This document shows, in pieces, positions 9,401 to 17,849 of a stretch of DNA of 64,000 bases. Within the stretch, counting starts at the first letter, position 1. Each line of letters opens with the position of its first letter. The notes beneath the pieces were generated by a model. The model searched no databases and had not been told where the DNA came from. It saw nothing but the letters and a program-made list of their open reading frames with translations. The stretch is from Pyrinomonadaceae bacterium. GTDB lineage: Bacteria; Acidobacteriota; Blastocatellia; Pyrinomonadales; Pyrinomonadaceae. The position numbers and the translations under genes were made by a program. The stretch spans positions 342 through 64,341 of the forward strand of contig JAYVKL010000045.1 in the NCBI GenBank assembly GCA_043768465.1. Reading direction: 5' to 3'.

Positions 9401-10722
9401 TTTCCCAGAGCTTGATCAATCGCCTGCCGAAAACCGGCGGGCGAAAAACGGCGCACTTTCACGCCGTTAACGTAAATCGTCGGCGTTCCCGAAATGCCGA
9501 GCGTTTTGCCGTCGGCAATGTCTTTTTCGATGTCGGGAGCGAACTTTTTGCTTTTCAAATCGGCGGCAAATTGTTTGACGTTCAACCCGACTTGCGCCGC
9601 GTATTCGATCAGGGACGTTTCATTGAGTTTAGCTTGATTGGCGTATAAAATCTCGGTATATTCAAAAAATTTTCCCTGCGCGTGCGCCGCATTCGCCGCG
9701 AGCGCGGCGGCATAGGCGTTTTCGTGAATCTGCACGAGGGGAAAATCGCGCACGACGAAACGGATTTTGTCGCCGTAGCTTTTCAAAACTTCCTGCAAGA
9801 CCGGATGCGCCGCCGAACACGCCGAACACTGAAAATCGGAAAACATCACGACCGTGACGGGCGCGTTTGCTTTCCCGCGCGACGGCTGATTTTCCGTGGA
9901 AACGATTTGGACAATCGGCGAAATCTGTTTGATTTTGAACTGCGCGGCGTATTTTTTAAACAATCTTTGGCGCAGAGTTGATTCGAGCGCGAGCCGTTCC
10001 GCGTCGGAATAATCTTTCAATTTATCGGTGATTTCGCGGGCGATGTAATCGCTCGCGTCAATATTTTGGGCTTTTGCTTCGACGGCGGCGAGATTGGAAT
10101 AAACGATTTGCTCCAAAGATTCGCGGGCATCGTCGTAAACGTCGGCTTCGAGTTCGGAGAGCGCGATTTTATTTTTCGCTTCGTAGTTTTCGACGGAAAT
10201 CTGCCGGTCGCCGACGGTTGCCAAAACTTCAAACCGGCTCAAGTTCGCCGCGTTGACATCTTTGCCGAGCGCGGCTTTAAACTTTGTTTTCAGACTTGCA
10301 ATCAAAACCGCATAAGCCTTCTGCTGCGAATCGCGCTGCAAAAAAGCGACGATTTGCGGTTTGACCTGTTCCAAAGTCTGGCTCCCGACGGCGGCGCGAT
10401 TCGCGTCGTAAACCGCTTGAACTTCCTTTCCAGACGGCGCGGAAACTTTGTTTTTAATTTCCGTTTCAATCAATTTTTCGACGGTAATTTTCCGCGCCGC
10501 CGATTCTTTTTCAAACAAAACATCGACGATTTGCTGTTCGAGCAAAACCTGCCGCGTGTTTTTCAAGGTCGCCGGAAGATTTTCCAGTTCGCCGCGAACT
10601 TCCGGCGCAAGGTCCTGGGCGGTGAAATTTCGCCCGTTCGCCGTCGCCAGAACTTCGTCGGACTTTTGGGCGAAAACAACTCCGCAAAATAGCAATAAGA
10701 AGACCGACAAAAACAATTTCAT
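9397..10722 (-). CDS. Secreted thioredoxin-fold DsbA-family protein with SurA-N-like domain
   Basis: 441 aa with a signal peptide. CxxC in VTVVMFSDFQCSACSAAH, followed by a DsbA-like C-terminus (GISGTPTIYVNG). Confidence 0.7.
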   Translation of the reverse strand: MKLFLSVFLLLFCGVVFAQKSDEVLATANGRNFTAQDLAPEVRGELENLPATLKNTRQVLLEQQIVDVLFEKESAARKITVEKLIETEIKNKVSAPSGKEVQAVYDANRAAVGSQTLEQVKPQIVAFLQRDSQQKAYAVLIASLKTKFKAALGKDVNAANLSRFEVLATVGDRQISVENYEAKNKIALSELEADVYDDARESLEQIVYSNLAAVEAKAQNIDASDYIAREITDKLKDYSDAERLALESTLRQRLFKKYAAQFKIKQISPIVQIVSTENQPSRGKANAPVTVVMFSDFQCSACSAAHPVLQEVLKSYGDKIRFVVRDFPLVQIHENAYAAALAANAAHAQGKFFEYTEILYANQAKLNETSLIEYAAQVGLNVKQFAADLKSKKFAPDIEKDIADGKTLGISGTPTIYVNGVKVRRFSPAGFRQAIDQALGK

Positions 10723-10769
10723 AATAAAAACTTTTCGCGCCTAACTTAGCTTATAATCCGAGTTTTTCA

Positions 10770-10871
10770 GCTTTCACTCTTCGTTCTGAGTTCAAACTTC
10801 AGTTTGTTCTTCCGCCAGCGAAGCGCAGCGGCAACACGCTCAAGCGTGAACTCAGAACGAAGAACGAAAGC
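10770..10871 (+). repeat. Rep-A element copy A
   Basis: gctttcactcttcgttctgagttca-CAAACTTCAGTTTG-..CCGCCAGCGAAGCGCAGCGG..-CACGCTCAAGCGTG-aactcagaacgaagaacgaaagc. Terminal inverted repeats enclose three sub-hairpins. Confidence 0.8.
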
Positions 10872-10881
10872 CTGAAGGTGC

Positions 10882-11862
10882 TTAATCGGCGAAATTCAAT
10901 CGCACTCGAATCGCTTCCTTTTCGTGCGGTGTGCCGAAAATTTCCGGGTGAAAAATCTTCGCTAAAATCTCCGCGCCGTCCACGATTCTCGGCGCGGGGC
11001 GCGAAAAATACGCGCTCGCGTCAACCGCCCAAACATTATTATTTACGACGGCGGGCAAATCTCGCCAGTTCGCCGGAAACGCGGTTTGCGGAAGTTGGCG
11101 CACGATGTCGGCGATGTAATAACCGCACGGAATCAACACTAAAATCTCCGGTTGAGATTCGTAAATCGCCGCGTAGGTTGTCGTCAGCGACTTTTTTCCC
11201 GCTTCGCCCAGTAGCGGAAAGCCGCCCGCAAGTTTGGTTTGTTCGGGAACCCAATGTCCGGGCGCGAACGGCGGCTCTAGCCATTCGAGCATAAAAACGC
11301 GCGGCTGTTTTAACTTGGAATTTGGAGTTTGGAATCTGGAATTCTCTTCGTCTTCGCGGATGCGATTTTGAATTACATTGAGGCGATTCTGTAAATTTTC
11401 GACGACTGATTTTCCTTTTTCAGGAACGCCGCACAATTCGGCGACGGTTTTTATGTTGTCCAAAACGTCGGCAATCGTGTTCGGCTCAAGCGAAAGAACG
11501 GTCGCGTCGCTGACAGACATTTTCGCCGCCTTCTGCACGGTTTTATACGAGACGGCGCAAACTTCGCAGAGTTCCTGCGTGATGATTATATCCGGTTTTA
11601 GCTCGCGTAAAAGCGATTCGTTTAAGTCGTAAATCGAACCGTGTCCGTCCAAATTCGAGCGGACGGCGTGGTCAATTTCCGCGCTCGACATCGTTTCGTG
11701 CGAAAGTCGGCTCGCCGTCAAAGCCGGGCGGTCGGCGATTGATTCGGGAAAATCGCATTCGTGCGTAATGCCGACGAGATTGCTCTCCAAACCTAAAGCG
11801 CAGATGATTTCCGTTGCCGACGGCAGCAGTGAAACGATTTTTAATGATGAACTTTTCGTCAT
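10882..11862 (-). CDS. Cobalamin/siderophore-type periplasmic-binding-fold protein without signal peptide
   Basis: 326 aa. SLLPSATEIICALGL ... LVGITHECDFP is typical of the BtuF/FhuD fold (PF01497-like). No signal peptide is visible. The inter-lobe linker carries a heptamer-tract-encoded peptide (SRFQTPNSKLKQ, DNA 11314-11344). Confidence 0.7.
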   Translation of the reverse strand: MTKSSSLKIVSLLPSATEIICALGLESNLVGITHECDFPESIADRPALTASRLSHETMSSAEIDHAVRSNLDGHGSIYDLNESLLRELKPDIIITQELCEVCAVSYKTVQKAAKMSVSDATVLSLEPNTIADVLDNIKTVAELCGVPEKGKSVVENLQNRLNVIQNRIREDEENSRFQTPNSKLKQPRVFMLEWLEPPFAPGHWVPEQTKLAGGFPLLGEAGKKSLTTTYAAIYESQPEILVLIPCGYYIADIVRQLPQTAFPANWRDLPAVVNNNVWAVDASAYFSRPAPRIVDGAEILAKIFHPEIFGTPHEKEAIRVRLNFAD

Positions 11863-11946
11863 AAATTATAGTGAAGGCGAGTTTTCATCCGATGTCAAGC
11901 CGTTCGGTTTCGAGCAATCGGCGGGCGGCGCATCACCCGGAAAATT

Positions 11947-12270
11947 ATGAACAACCTTTGCCGTAACACCGTAATCAAAGAACTGCCGACAAACTATTTG
12001 TCGAATAAAGTTATGGCTACTTACAAAGACCCGATTCAATGTTTTGCGCCGCTCGAAGTCATCGAGAGATTACTGGAGATTCGCGCCGAATTAGGTTTCC
12101 CGGCAGCGATCTACGTTGATAACTCGATGGATTTAGCCGAATTTCTGGACGCTTACGGATTTGATGTTTACTCGTTTTCAAGCGGCAGCGAAAAAATAAA
12201 TTACGGCGATTATCGCGCCTCGATTGTGCCGGGCGGCGATGCCGTTCACTGCTCGATGACGGCGCACTAA
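11947..12270 (+). CDS. Hypothetical protein (possibly starting at the internal Met, MATYKDP...)
   Basis: 107-aa ORF followed by a terminator-like hairpin. No recognisable motif. Confidence 0.3.
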   Translation: MNNLCRNTVIKELPTNYLSNKVMATYKDPIQCFAPLEVIERLLEIRAELGFPAAIYVDNSMDLAEFLDAYGFDVYSFSSGSEKINYGDYRASIVPGGDAVHCSMTAH

Positions 12271-12293
12271 AGATTTTACGATTCCCCAAACAA

Positions 12294-12352
12294 ACAGAAG
12301 GAACGCGGAAGGTGATTTTTCATAGGAAAGCCTTCCGCTTTCTGTTTTTACT
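12294..12352. terminator. Terminator-like hairpin between convergent genes
   Basis: acagaaggaacgcggaagg ... ccttccgctttctgt followed by a T-rich run. Confidence 0.5.
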
Positions 12353-12395
12353 TGGATTTTTTTATTTTTGAAACAGCTTCTGGATTTGATTTTTC

Positions 12396-13688
12396 CTAAA
12401 TCGCTTTGACGATGAATAGGGTTCCGTCGTCGTCCAGAAATTTTCTTTCCGTGAAATCCGCGACACCTTTTCTGATAAAATCAATCAGCTCTTTGGCGGA
12501 CAAATCTATTCCTTCCAGAACCCTTTTGGCGAAACGGTCGTTGCCGTATTCTTCGCCGTTGGCGTTCGCGCTTTCGACGATGCCGTCGGTGTAAAGAACC
12601 ATCAACTGATTTTCTTCAAACCGAATAAAATGCTGATGATAACGCGAATCGAAGAACATTCCGAGCGGCAAATCGCCGTATTCGACGAACCGATATTCGC
12701 CGTTCGGTTTGATGAGCAAAGGCGGATTATGTCCGGCGTTGGAGAAAACGAACGTCCGATTCGTCGCGTCCAGAATCCCGTAAATCGCCGTGATAAATTG
12801 ATTGTCGTCGACCGAATCCCAGAGCAGATTGCCGACTTTCGACAGAGCGATGTGCGGCGCATAGCCGATTTGAACGCTCGAACGGAGCGAAGCTCGCAGA
12901 AACGCCATCAAAAGCGCGGCGGGAATTCCCTTGCCGACGGCATCGGCGACGACGATGCCGATTTGGTCGTCGAACATTTTCACCCAATCATAGTAATCGC
13001 CCGAAACCTCTTCGGTCGGAAAAACATACGCGCTGATGTCGAAGCCTTCAAACTGCGGGTCGGCGGCGGGCAGCAATTCGAGTTGGACTTGCCGCGCGAT
13101 TTCAAGCTGCGTTTGCAAACGGTTTTTTTCGACGACCTGTTCGTGCAGTTGGACTTTTTCGATGATAATCGCCACCTGCGAAGCGAGCATAGTCAAAACC
13201 GATAAATCGTCTTCGTCATAAGCGTTCAGCGAATCGCTCTCCAAATCGAACACGCCGATCACCTCGTCATTGGAAATAATCGGCGCGACCATCTCCGATT
13301 TCGTCAGTTCTCTGGCTCGAAAATAGCGTGAATCCTGACTGACATCCGCCGAAATAAGCGGCTTCCGACTCTGCGCGACGTAACCGATAAAACCTTCGCC
13401 GACCTTCAAACGCGGCTCGACCATTTCGGAACTTATCTGATAGCCGCGAATCGCTTTCGATTTGAAAACATACTCCGTTTCTTCGTCTCGGACGACTGAT
13501 TCGACTAAATAAATCCCCGCCGCGTCGTAGTGCATCAACGAGCCGAGCGTGTCCATCACGAGCGTCAGAACCTCGTCCAAATCCAGCGAACGGCTGATGG
13601 TTTTCGTAATATCGAGCAGCATCCGCAGTTTATCAACCGTCGAAAGTTCCGGGTCGGGCGGAGAATTTTGGGCAATCGGTTCAATCAT
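12396..13688 (-). CDS. GAF domain + PP2C (SpoIIE/RsbU-type) serine phosphatase
   Basis: N-terminal GAF (GEGFIGYVAQSRKPLISADV ... APIISNDEVIGVFDLES). C-terminal PP2C (SGDYYDW ... VVADAVGKGIPAALLM ... YTDGIVE). I place the start at ATG 13688 (MIEPIAQ...). The track start at 13730 would translate the heptamer hairpin. Confidence 0.85.
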   Translation of the reverse strand: MIEPIAQNSPPDPELSTVDKLRMLLDITKTISRSLDLDEVLTLVMDTLGSLMHYDAAGIYLVESVVRDEETEYVFKSKAIRGYQISSEMVEPRLKVGEGFIGYVAQSRKPLISADVSQDSRYFRARELTKSEMVAPIISNDEVIGVFDLESDSLNAYDEDDLSVLTMLASQVAIIIEKVQLHEQVVEKNRLQTQLEIARQVQLELLPAADPQFEGFDISAYVFPTEEVSGDYYDWVKMFDDQIGIVVADAVGKGIPAALLMAFLRASLRSSVQIGYAPHIALSKVGNLLWDSVDDNQFITAIYGILDATNRTFVFSNAGHNPPLLIKPNGEYRFVEYGDLPLGMFFDSRYHQHFIRFEENQLMVLYTDGIVESANANGEEYGNDRFAKRVLEGIDLSAKELIDFIRKGVADFTERKFLDDDGTLFIVKAI

Positions 13689-13695
13689 ATTGAGT

Positions 13696-13768
13696 AATGG
13701 TAAATGGTAAATGGTAAATGGTAAATACAAGATTCATATTTACCATTTACCATTTACCATTTGCCATT
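13696..13768. repeat. 73-nt hairpin: 32-bp stem of GGTAAAT heptamers, 9-nt loop
   Basis: Left arm 13696-13727 is aatggtaaatggtaaatggtaaatggtaaata. The right arm 13737-13768 is its complement with one G.T position. Loop is caagattca. It fills the ImmA-like/PP2C spacer. Confidence 0.9.
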
Positions 13769-13772
13769 TGAA

Positions 13773-14396
13773 TTATTCGCCACTCAACACTTTGACTTTG
13801 TATTCATCCCACAAACGCGAAATTTTCATTCGATATTCGACGAGTTCGCGGCTGACGTTAAAATGGCGGGCGATCTCACGCGAGGTTTTCCCCTGTGAAA
13901 TCATCGTCTGCAAAGCCGAATACGGCACGAGTGCCGCCGCGCCGACCGAATACGCCGCCTCTTCGTCGTCTTCGCGGTAATCCCGCGCAATCGGTTTGCC
14001 GTGTTTATTGACCGTTTCGACGGCGAGACGCGACGGCTGATGTCCGAGAAAAACGTGACAGATTTCCTCCATCAAAGTCGCGTTCTGCCGGTTTTCGCCG
14101 TGCGTCGGATTTAAGACAATCAATTTTCTGCCGTCAAACAACGCTTGCGAACACGCGCCGCCCGACCATTTATCGCTGCCCGCGCCGAGCAGGTGCGCCC
14201 TGGTTTCGGCGGTTAAAAACGGTTCGATTTGCTCGAACGAAGCGACGAGCAGATTGGCGTAACGCGCCAGCTCAAACGGATTTAGACGCTCGTCGTCGCG
14301 CCGCAGACCGGCGAATTCGCGCAAGCCGATGGCTCTGATTTCATACTGTCTGCCTTTGTTGCTCGGCGGCAAAATTGAAGTGTCCACGTCCGCCAT
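13773..14396 (-). CDS. ImmA/IrrE-family (COG2856-like) putative metallopeptidase with C-terminal HTH
   Basis: LMEEICHVFLGH sits at the HEXXH position, with Met where the first His would be. Downstream EEAAYSVGAAALVPY resembles the E..A..FA..LL.P motif. The C-terminal GKTSREIARHFNVSRELVEYR is HTH-like. Start placed at ATG 14396. Confidence 0.5.
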   Translation of the reverse strand: MADVDTSILPPSNKGRQYEIRAIGLREFAGLRRDDERLNPFELARYANLLVASFEQIEPFLTAETRAHLLGAGSDKWSGGACSQALFDGRKLIVLNPTHGENRQNATLMEEICHVFLGHQPSRLAVETVNKHGKPIARDYREDDEEAAYSVGAAALVPYSALQTMISQGKTSREIARHFNVSRELVEYRMKISRLWDEYKVKVLSGE

Positions 14397-14408
14397 TATA
14401 AATTGAAA

Positions 14409-14523
14409 AAAGGTCAAAGGTAAAAGGTCAAAGGCTTATCAAATCGTTTGATCGTTAATTTGATTTCAGAGATGACTTTTCAACGTTCATCATTTTGACG
14501 TTCTTACCTTTGACCTTTGACCC
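14409..14523. repeat. Hairpin with AAAGGTC heptamer arms and ~65-nt loop
   Basis: aaaggtcaaaggtaaaaggtcaaagg ... cttacctttgacctttgaccc, in the divergent ImmA-like/pgsA spacer. Confidence 0.7.
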
Positions 14524-14591
14524 GTTTCCTTGACACTGATTCGCTCTGAAACCTACACTTGGACTTTACCGGTAAACGAAGTTTTAGCATT

Positions 14592-15332
14592 GTGAATCTG
14601 CCGAATTATCTATCTTTAGCGCGTATCGTTCTCGTTCCGCTGCTGGTCGTCATCTTACTGACACCGTTTGCGGAAGATTATTTAGGCATCAGCAGCTACG
14701 CGCTCGCCATCGCTATTTTTCTCGCCGCCTCGTTCACCGATATTCTCGACGGACATCTCGCCCGCCGCCGCAATCAGGTTTCCGATTTAGGCAAACTGCT
14801 CGACCCGATTGCCGATAAACTGCTGGTTTCCGCCGCTTTAATCGTGTTGGTCGAAAAACATCTCGCGCCCGCCTGGGTCGTCGTCATTATTTTGGGCAGA
14901 GAATTTATCATCACGGGTTTGCGCTCGATGGCGGCGAGCGAAGGCATTATTATTCAGGCGCAGAAAAGCGGAAAAATCAAAATGTGGGCGCAGTGCGTCG
15001 CCATTGTCGCCCTGCTCGTGGCGGGCGCAAACGGCAATCCGCCGGTGTCGAATTTCGGCTGGGAGCTGCCGACTTTTCGCTTTTGGGAAGTCGCCGAAGT
15101 GCAGACGGCGTTCAACCATCTTTCAAATTTCGCGGTAGATACGGACGACTGGCGCGTCTTCGGGTATTTAGTCGGACGCGGCGGATTGTGGGTTTCCGTG
15201 ATCGCCGCCGCGTGGTCAATGTATGATTATTTCCGATATTTTTTCGTCGAAAACAAACGGCGCAAATCCTTAGCCGAATCAATTCTCGTCAACTCCAAAA
15301 CCGCTGAAATCGCGCCGCCTTCCAAAGTTTAA
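14592..15332 (+). CDS. pgsA: CDP-diacylglycerol--glycerol-3-phosphate 3-phosphatidyltransferase
   Basis: CDP-alcohol phosphatidyltransferase motif DILDGHLARRRNQVSDLGKLLDPIADK. Start placed at GTG 14592 (xNLPNYLSLARI, the usual PgsA N-terminus). The track start at 14559 is a TTG, 11 codons upstream. Confidence 0.85.
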   Translation: MNLPNYLSLARIVLVPLLVVILLTPFAEDYLGISSYALAIAIFLAASFTDILDGHLARRRNQVSDLGKLLDPIADKLLVSAALIVLVEKHLAPAWVVVIILGREFIITGLRSMAASEGIIIQAQKSGKIKMWAQCVAIVALLVAGANGNPPVSNFGWELPTFRFWEVAEVQTAFNHLSNFAVDTDDWRVFGYLVGRGGLWVSVIAAAWSMYDYFRYFFVENKRRKSLAESILVNSKTAEIAPPSKV

Positions 15333-15340
15333 AATAAAAA

Positions 15341-15377
15341 ACGAATGACGAACATTAAAGAAACATTCGTCATTCGT
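15341..15377. terminator. Bidirectional terminator-like hairpin
   Basis: acgaatgacgaa-cattaaagaaaca-ttcgtcattcgt, flanked by A/T runs, between convergent genes. Confidence 0.6.
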
Positions 15378-15398
15378 CATTTGAAATTCGCCTTTTGA

Positions 15399-16382
15399 TT
15401 ATTGAAGTTCCACGCTGTCGCCCGTGTGAATCTCCTGCGTCGTGCGGACGATCACCGCCGTCGCCGTTCGTTCCTTGACGTTCAAAATCACGATTTCGCC
15501 GAGGACGTTTCGCAGATTTGCCTGCCGACCGCGTTTGGCTTTTTCAGTCGTAACAACTTTTCCATTGGCTTTTTCGCCGCCTTTGCGCCCCGCCTGATTG
15601 GAAAATTTGCCGCCGCGATATTCGTAGCTTTGGAAACCTTCCTGTCTCGCGCTGACCGATTCGGGCGGCAAATCGTCGAGAATTTGTCCCGAACCGAGTT
15701 TGCGATAAATCGTCAGATAATCGCCGGTTTTTACGTTATCTTCCGCGCCTAAATCAATATAGACGATTTGTTCGCGCCCCAGGAGTTCCTGATTATCCCG
15801 CGCCATAAAAATTTTGCCGTTGGTTTTGCCCGACGAATCCGCAAAAAGATTTAACGCCGGACGCTTTTCAAAAACCGGACTCGTCCGCGACGGAATCGGC
15901 TGCACCAAATCGCCCAGAATCAGATTGTCGCACGACGAGACGACCCGCACGACCGAAGTCTCCGATTTGACATTGACAACCTCGACCGCGCCGATTTCCT
16001 GCACATAAAAACCGAGGTTTTTCTTTTTCGTCCAGCGCGTTTCGACGCGCCCGCGCGGACGAATAACCGACATCAAATCGCCGACTTTCACGCCCTTGTT
16101 CGCGCCCATATTGACGTAGAGAAAATCGTTCTGCGCGTAGATATTCTTTTCCTGCTCTTTGTCCGCGCCGACGATTTCATTTTTGACATCCACCGTGCCG
16201 GTTTCGACGTAACCGGCGCAGTATAAATTGTTTTTGCCGACAATCGGCAACTTCCGCACGTCTCGATTGACGACCAAACGCGGCGTGGGAGCCGGCTTCT
16301 GCGCCCAGGCGTTCGCCGCCAAAAAAAACACGATTAAAGAAAGCGTTCCGCAACTTGTTCTGTAGAAATTCTGAAAACTCAC
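15399..16382 (-). CDS. Secreted hypothetical protein
   Basis: 327 aa with a signal peptide (LSLIVFFLAANAWAQ). Repeated ...GD.V... beta-rich segments. No family recognised. Confidence 0.55.
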   Translation of the reverse strand: MSFQNFYRTSCGTLSLIVFFLAANAWAQKPAPTPRLVVNRDVRKLPIVGKNNLYCAGYVETGTVDVKNEIVGADKEQEKNIYAQNDFLYVNMGANKGVKVGDLMSVIRPRGRVETRWTKKKNLGFYVQEIGAVEVVNVKSETSVVRVVSSCDNLILGDLVQPIPSRTSPVFEKRPALNLFADSSGKTNGKIFMARDNQELLGREQIVYIDLGAEDNVKTGDYLTIYRKLGSGQILDDLPPESVSARQEGFQSYEYRGGKFSNQAGRKGGEKANGKVVTTEKAKRGRQANLRNVLGEIVILNVKERTATAVIVRTTQEIHTGDSVELQ

Positions 16383-16547
16383 GTTGTTCTCCTTTTTGTT
16401 TGACTGAATTTAAATTTGAAAAAAGACTGAGGCTAATTTGAAAAATCGGCTGTTCGCCCGGTTCGGGCAATTCCTATCGTAACCTTTTAGTTAAACAATC
16501 GTCAACAATTATTTTTTTCGTTCAACCAAATAATTTTATTCTCGCGC

Positions 16548-16576
16548 TTGCACTAATCAAAAGGATTTTGTAGTAT
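16548..16576 (+). promoter_or_regulatory. Sigma70-like promoter for tRNA-Thr
   Basis: TTGCAC - 17 nt - TAGTAT, ending ~25 nt upstream of the tRNA 5' end. Confidence 0.45.
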
Positions 16577-16601
16577 TTTTGCTGATCATTGAGTTTCGTC
16601 A

Positions 16602-16677
16602 GCCGGTGTAGCTCAGTTGGTAGAGCGTTTGATTTGTAATCAAAATGTCGGCGGTTCAAATCCGTTCACCGGCTCCA
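16602..16677 (+). tRNA. tRNA-Thr (anticodon UGU), CCA encoded
   Basis: Hand-folded cloverleaf. Acceptor GCCGGTG/CACCGGC, D-arm GCTCAGTTGGTAGAGC, anticodon stem TTTGA/TCAAA with loop TTTGTAA, T-arm GGCGG-TTCAAAT-CCGTT, then T-CCA. Confidence 0.9.
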
Positions 16678-16889
16678 GAAATTTTATTAAAAGGCGATTT
16701 CGGCGGGAAGTCGTCTTTTTTATTTGAGGCGAATAAAATTTCGCCGCCTGCCGATTCAAAAACGCTCTGACCTCTAAACGCATTGTCCTTAACCACAAAC
16801 AGTCGCTGCGATAGAAAAAATTCATATCATTTCTATTTCAAAAAATGCTAATCTTTAACCTGATTTGAAATCAAGGAGGAAGTTTTTTT

Positions 16890-17765
16890 ATGTCTTTAAT
16901 GATTTGTCCCGAATGCGCTCACGAAGTTTCGTCGTCAGCCGTCAATTGTCCGAACTGCGGTCGTCCGTTTGTCAAACCGATTGTGCAGCCGAAGGTAATC
17001 GTTCGGGAACTGCCGCCGGAGAAGGAAGGTTTTCCGACGTGGGCGTTTATCCCGCTCGGACTGCTCGGCTTGGTGCTGGTGTTCGTCGTGTTCGCCTTTA
17101 TGCGAAGCGGCGACGATGAAGCGCAGAAGAATATCAATATCAAAGTCGCCTCGCTGCCGCCGACCGCCAATTCACGCGAAACGACCGTCCGCGCCGACGC
17201 GCCGCCGAATCAGGTGATCGTGCCGTCAACTTCGCAGTTCGGTCAAGTCGCCGCGCCGCCGCCCGTTTCATCGCAGACGACGATCACGACTTTGCCTTCG
17301 ACGACAACCGCGACGACGACGGCTCCGCCGGTCGCGCCCGATAAAGGAACGGTCAGTTTAGAAGCGAAAGTGGTCGGCAGAAGCGGAGCGCAAGCCGTGC
17401 CGAAAGAAGTTTTTTACTTACTCGACAAAGATTTAGAAAGCATTCTGCGCGACGCGAACATCGAAGACGAAAGCGGGCAGGGATTGGTCAACGCCTTCGG
17501 ATTATCAATCGTTTACCCGGATCGTTACGGCGATGTCAGGAAAAAAGCGTTGGCGGCAATCGGCAAACATTCCAAATATAAAGTAACGACCGACGCCAGC
17601 GGCAAAGGTCAGATGAAGGATGTCAAACCCGACAATTATTATCTGTTTGCGATCACTAAAACCGCCAACGGCTTCGCCATCTGGAAAAATTCCGTCACCA
17701 TTCAGCCCGGTCAAAACGCGCTTGTTCTAGAGCCGGTCAGCCCGACGGAAATCACGCCGGAGTAA
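16890..17765 (+). CDS. Zinc-ribbon membrane protein with Pro/Thr-rich linker and beta-rich C-terminal domain
   Basis: CPECAHEVSSSAVNCPNCG zinc ribbon, one TM helix, a T/P-rich spacer and a C-terminal domain resembling carboxypeptidase-regulatory/Ig-like folds. Confidence 0.6.
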   Translation: MSLMICPECAHEVSSSAVNCPNCGRPFVKPIVQPKVIVRELPPEKEGFPTWAFIPLGLLGLVLVFVVFAFMRSGDDEAQKNINIKVASLPPTANSRETTVRADAPPNQVIVPSTSQFGQVAAPPPVSSQTTITTLPSTTTATTTAPPVAPDKGTVSLEAKVVGRSGAQAVPKEVFYLLDKDLESILRDANIEDESGQGLVNAFGLSIVYPDRYGDVRKKALAAIGKHSKYKVTTDASGKGQMKDVKPDNYYLFAITKTANGFAIWKNSVTIQPGQNALVLEPVSPTEITPE

Positions 17766-17786
17766 ATTTATTTTGCCAGGCGGACG

Positions 17787-17820
17787 AAAAGCAGAGATAT
17801 TGTTTATCTCTGCTTTTTTA
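17787..17820 (+). terminator. Rho-independent terminator
   Basis: gcagagata-ttgtt-tatctctgc followed by tttttta. Confidence 0.7.
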
Positions 17821-17849
17821 TTTTTCGTGCGGCGTTTTTTAACTTTGAT

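Noticed and set aside
12630-13205. Long antisense ORFs opposite well-supported genes: 8371-8991, 10066-10692, 12630-13205, 27030-27722, 38442-39221, 42497-43087, 50121-50627
   Set aside because: They are Arg/low-complexity-rich shadow ORFs, each lying entirely within a motif-supported gene on the other strand. This is typical of stop-codon-poor antisense frames.
13696-13768. Possibility that the short tandem/inverted repeats are CRISPR arrays
   Set aside because: The units are only 7-10 nt and directly abut one another with no unique spacers. The arrays are 3-5 units long and paired as hairpin arms. No cas genes are in the window.
16640-16825. 61-aa minus-strand ORF overlapping tRNA-Thr
   Set aside because: It overlaps the 3' half of a well-folded tRNA and has no coding features.
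16678-16889. Integrative element at the tRNA-Thr 3' end
   Set aside because: There is no integrase gene. I saw no direct repeat of the tRNA 3' end within the following kilobases. The downstream genes have host-like composition.
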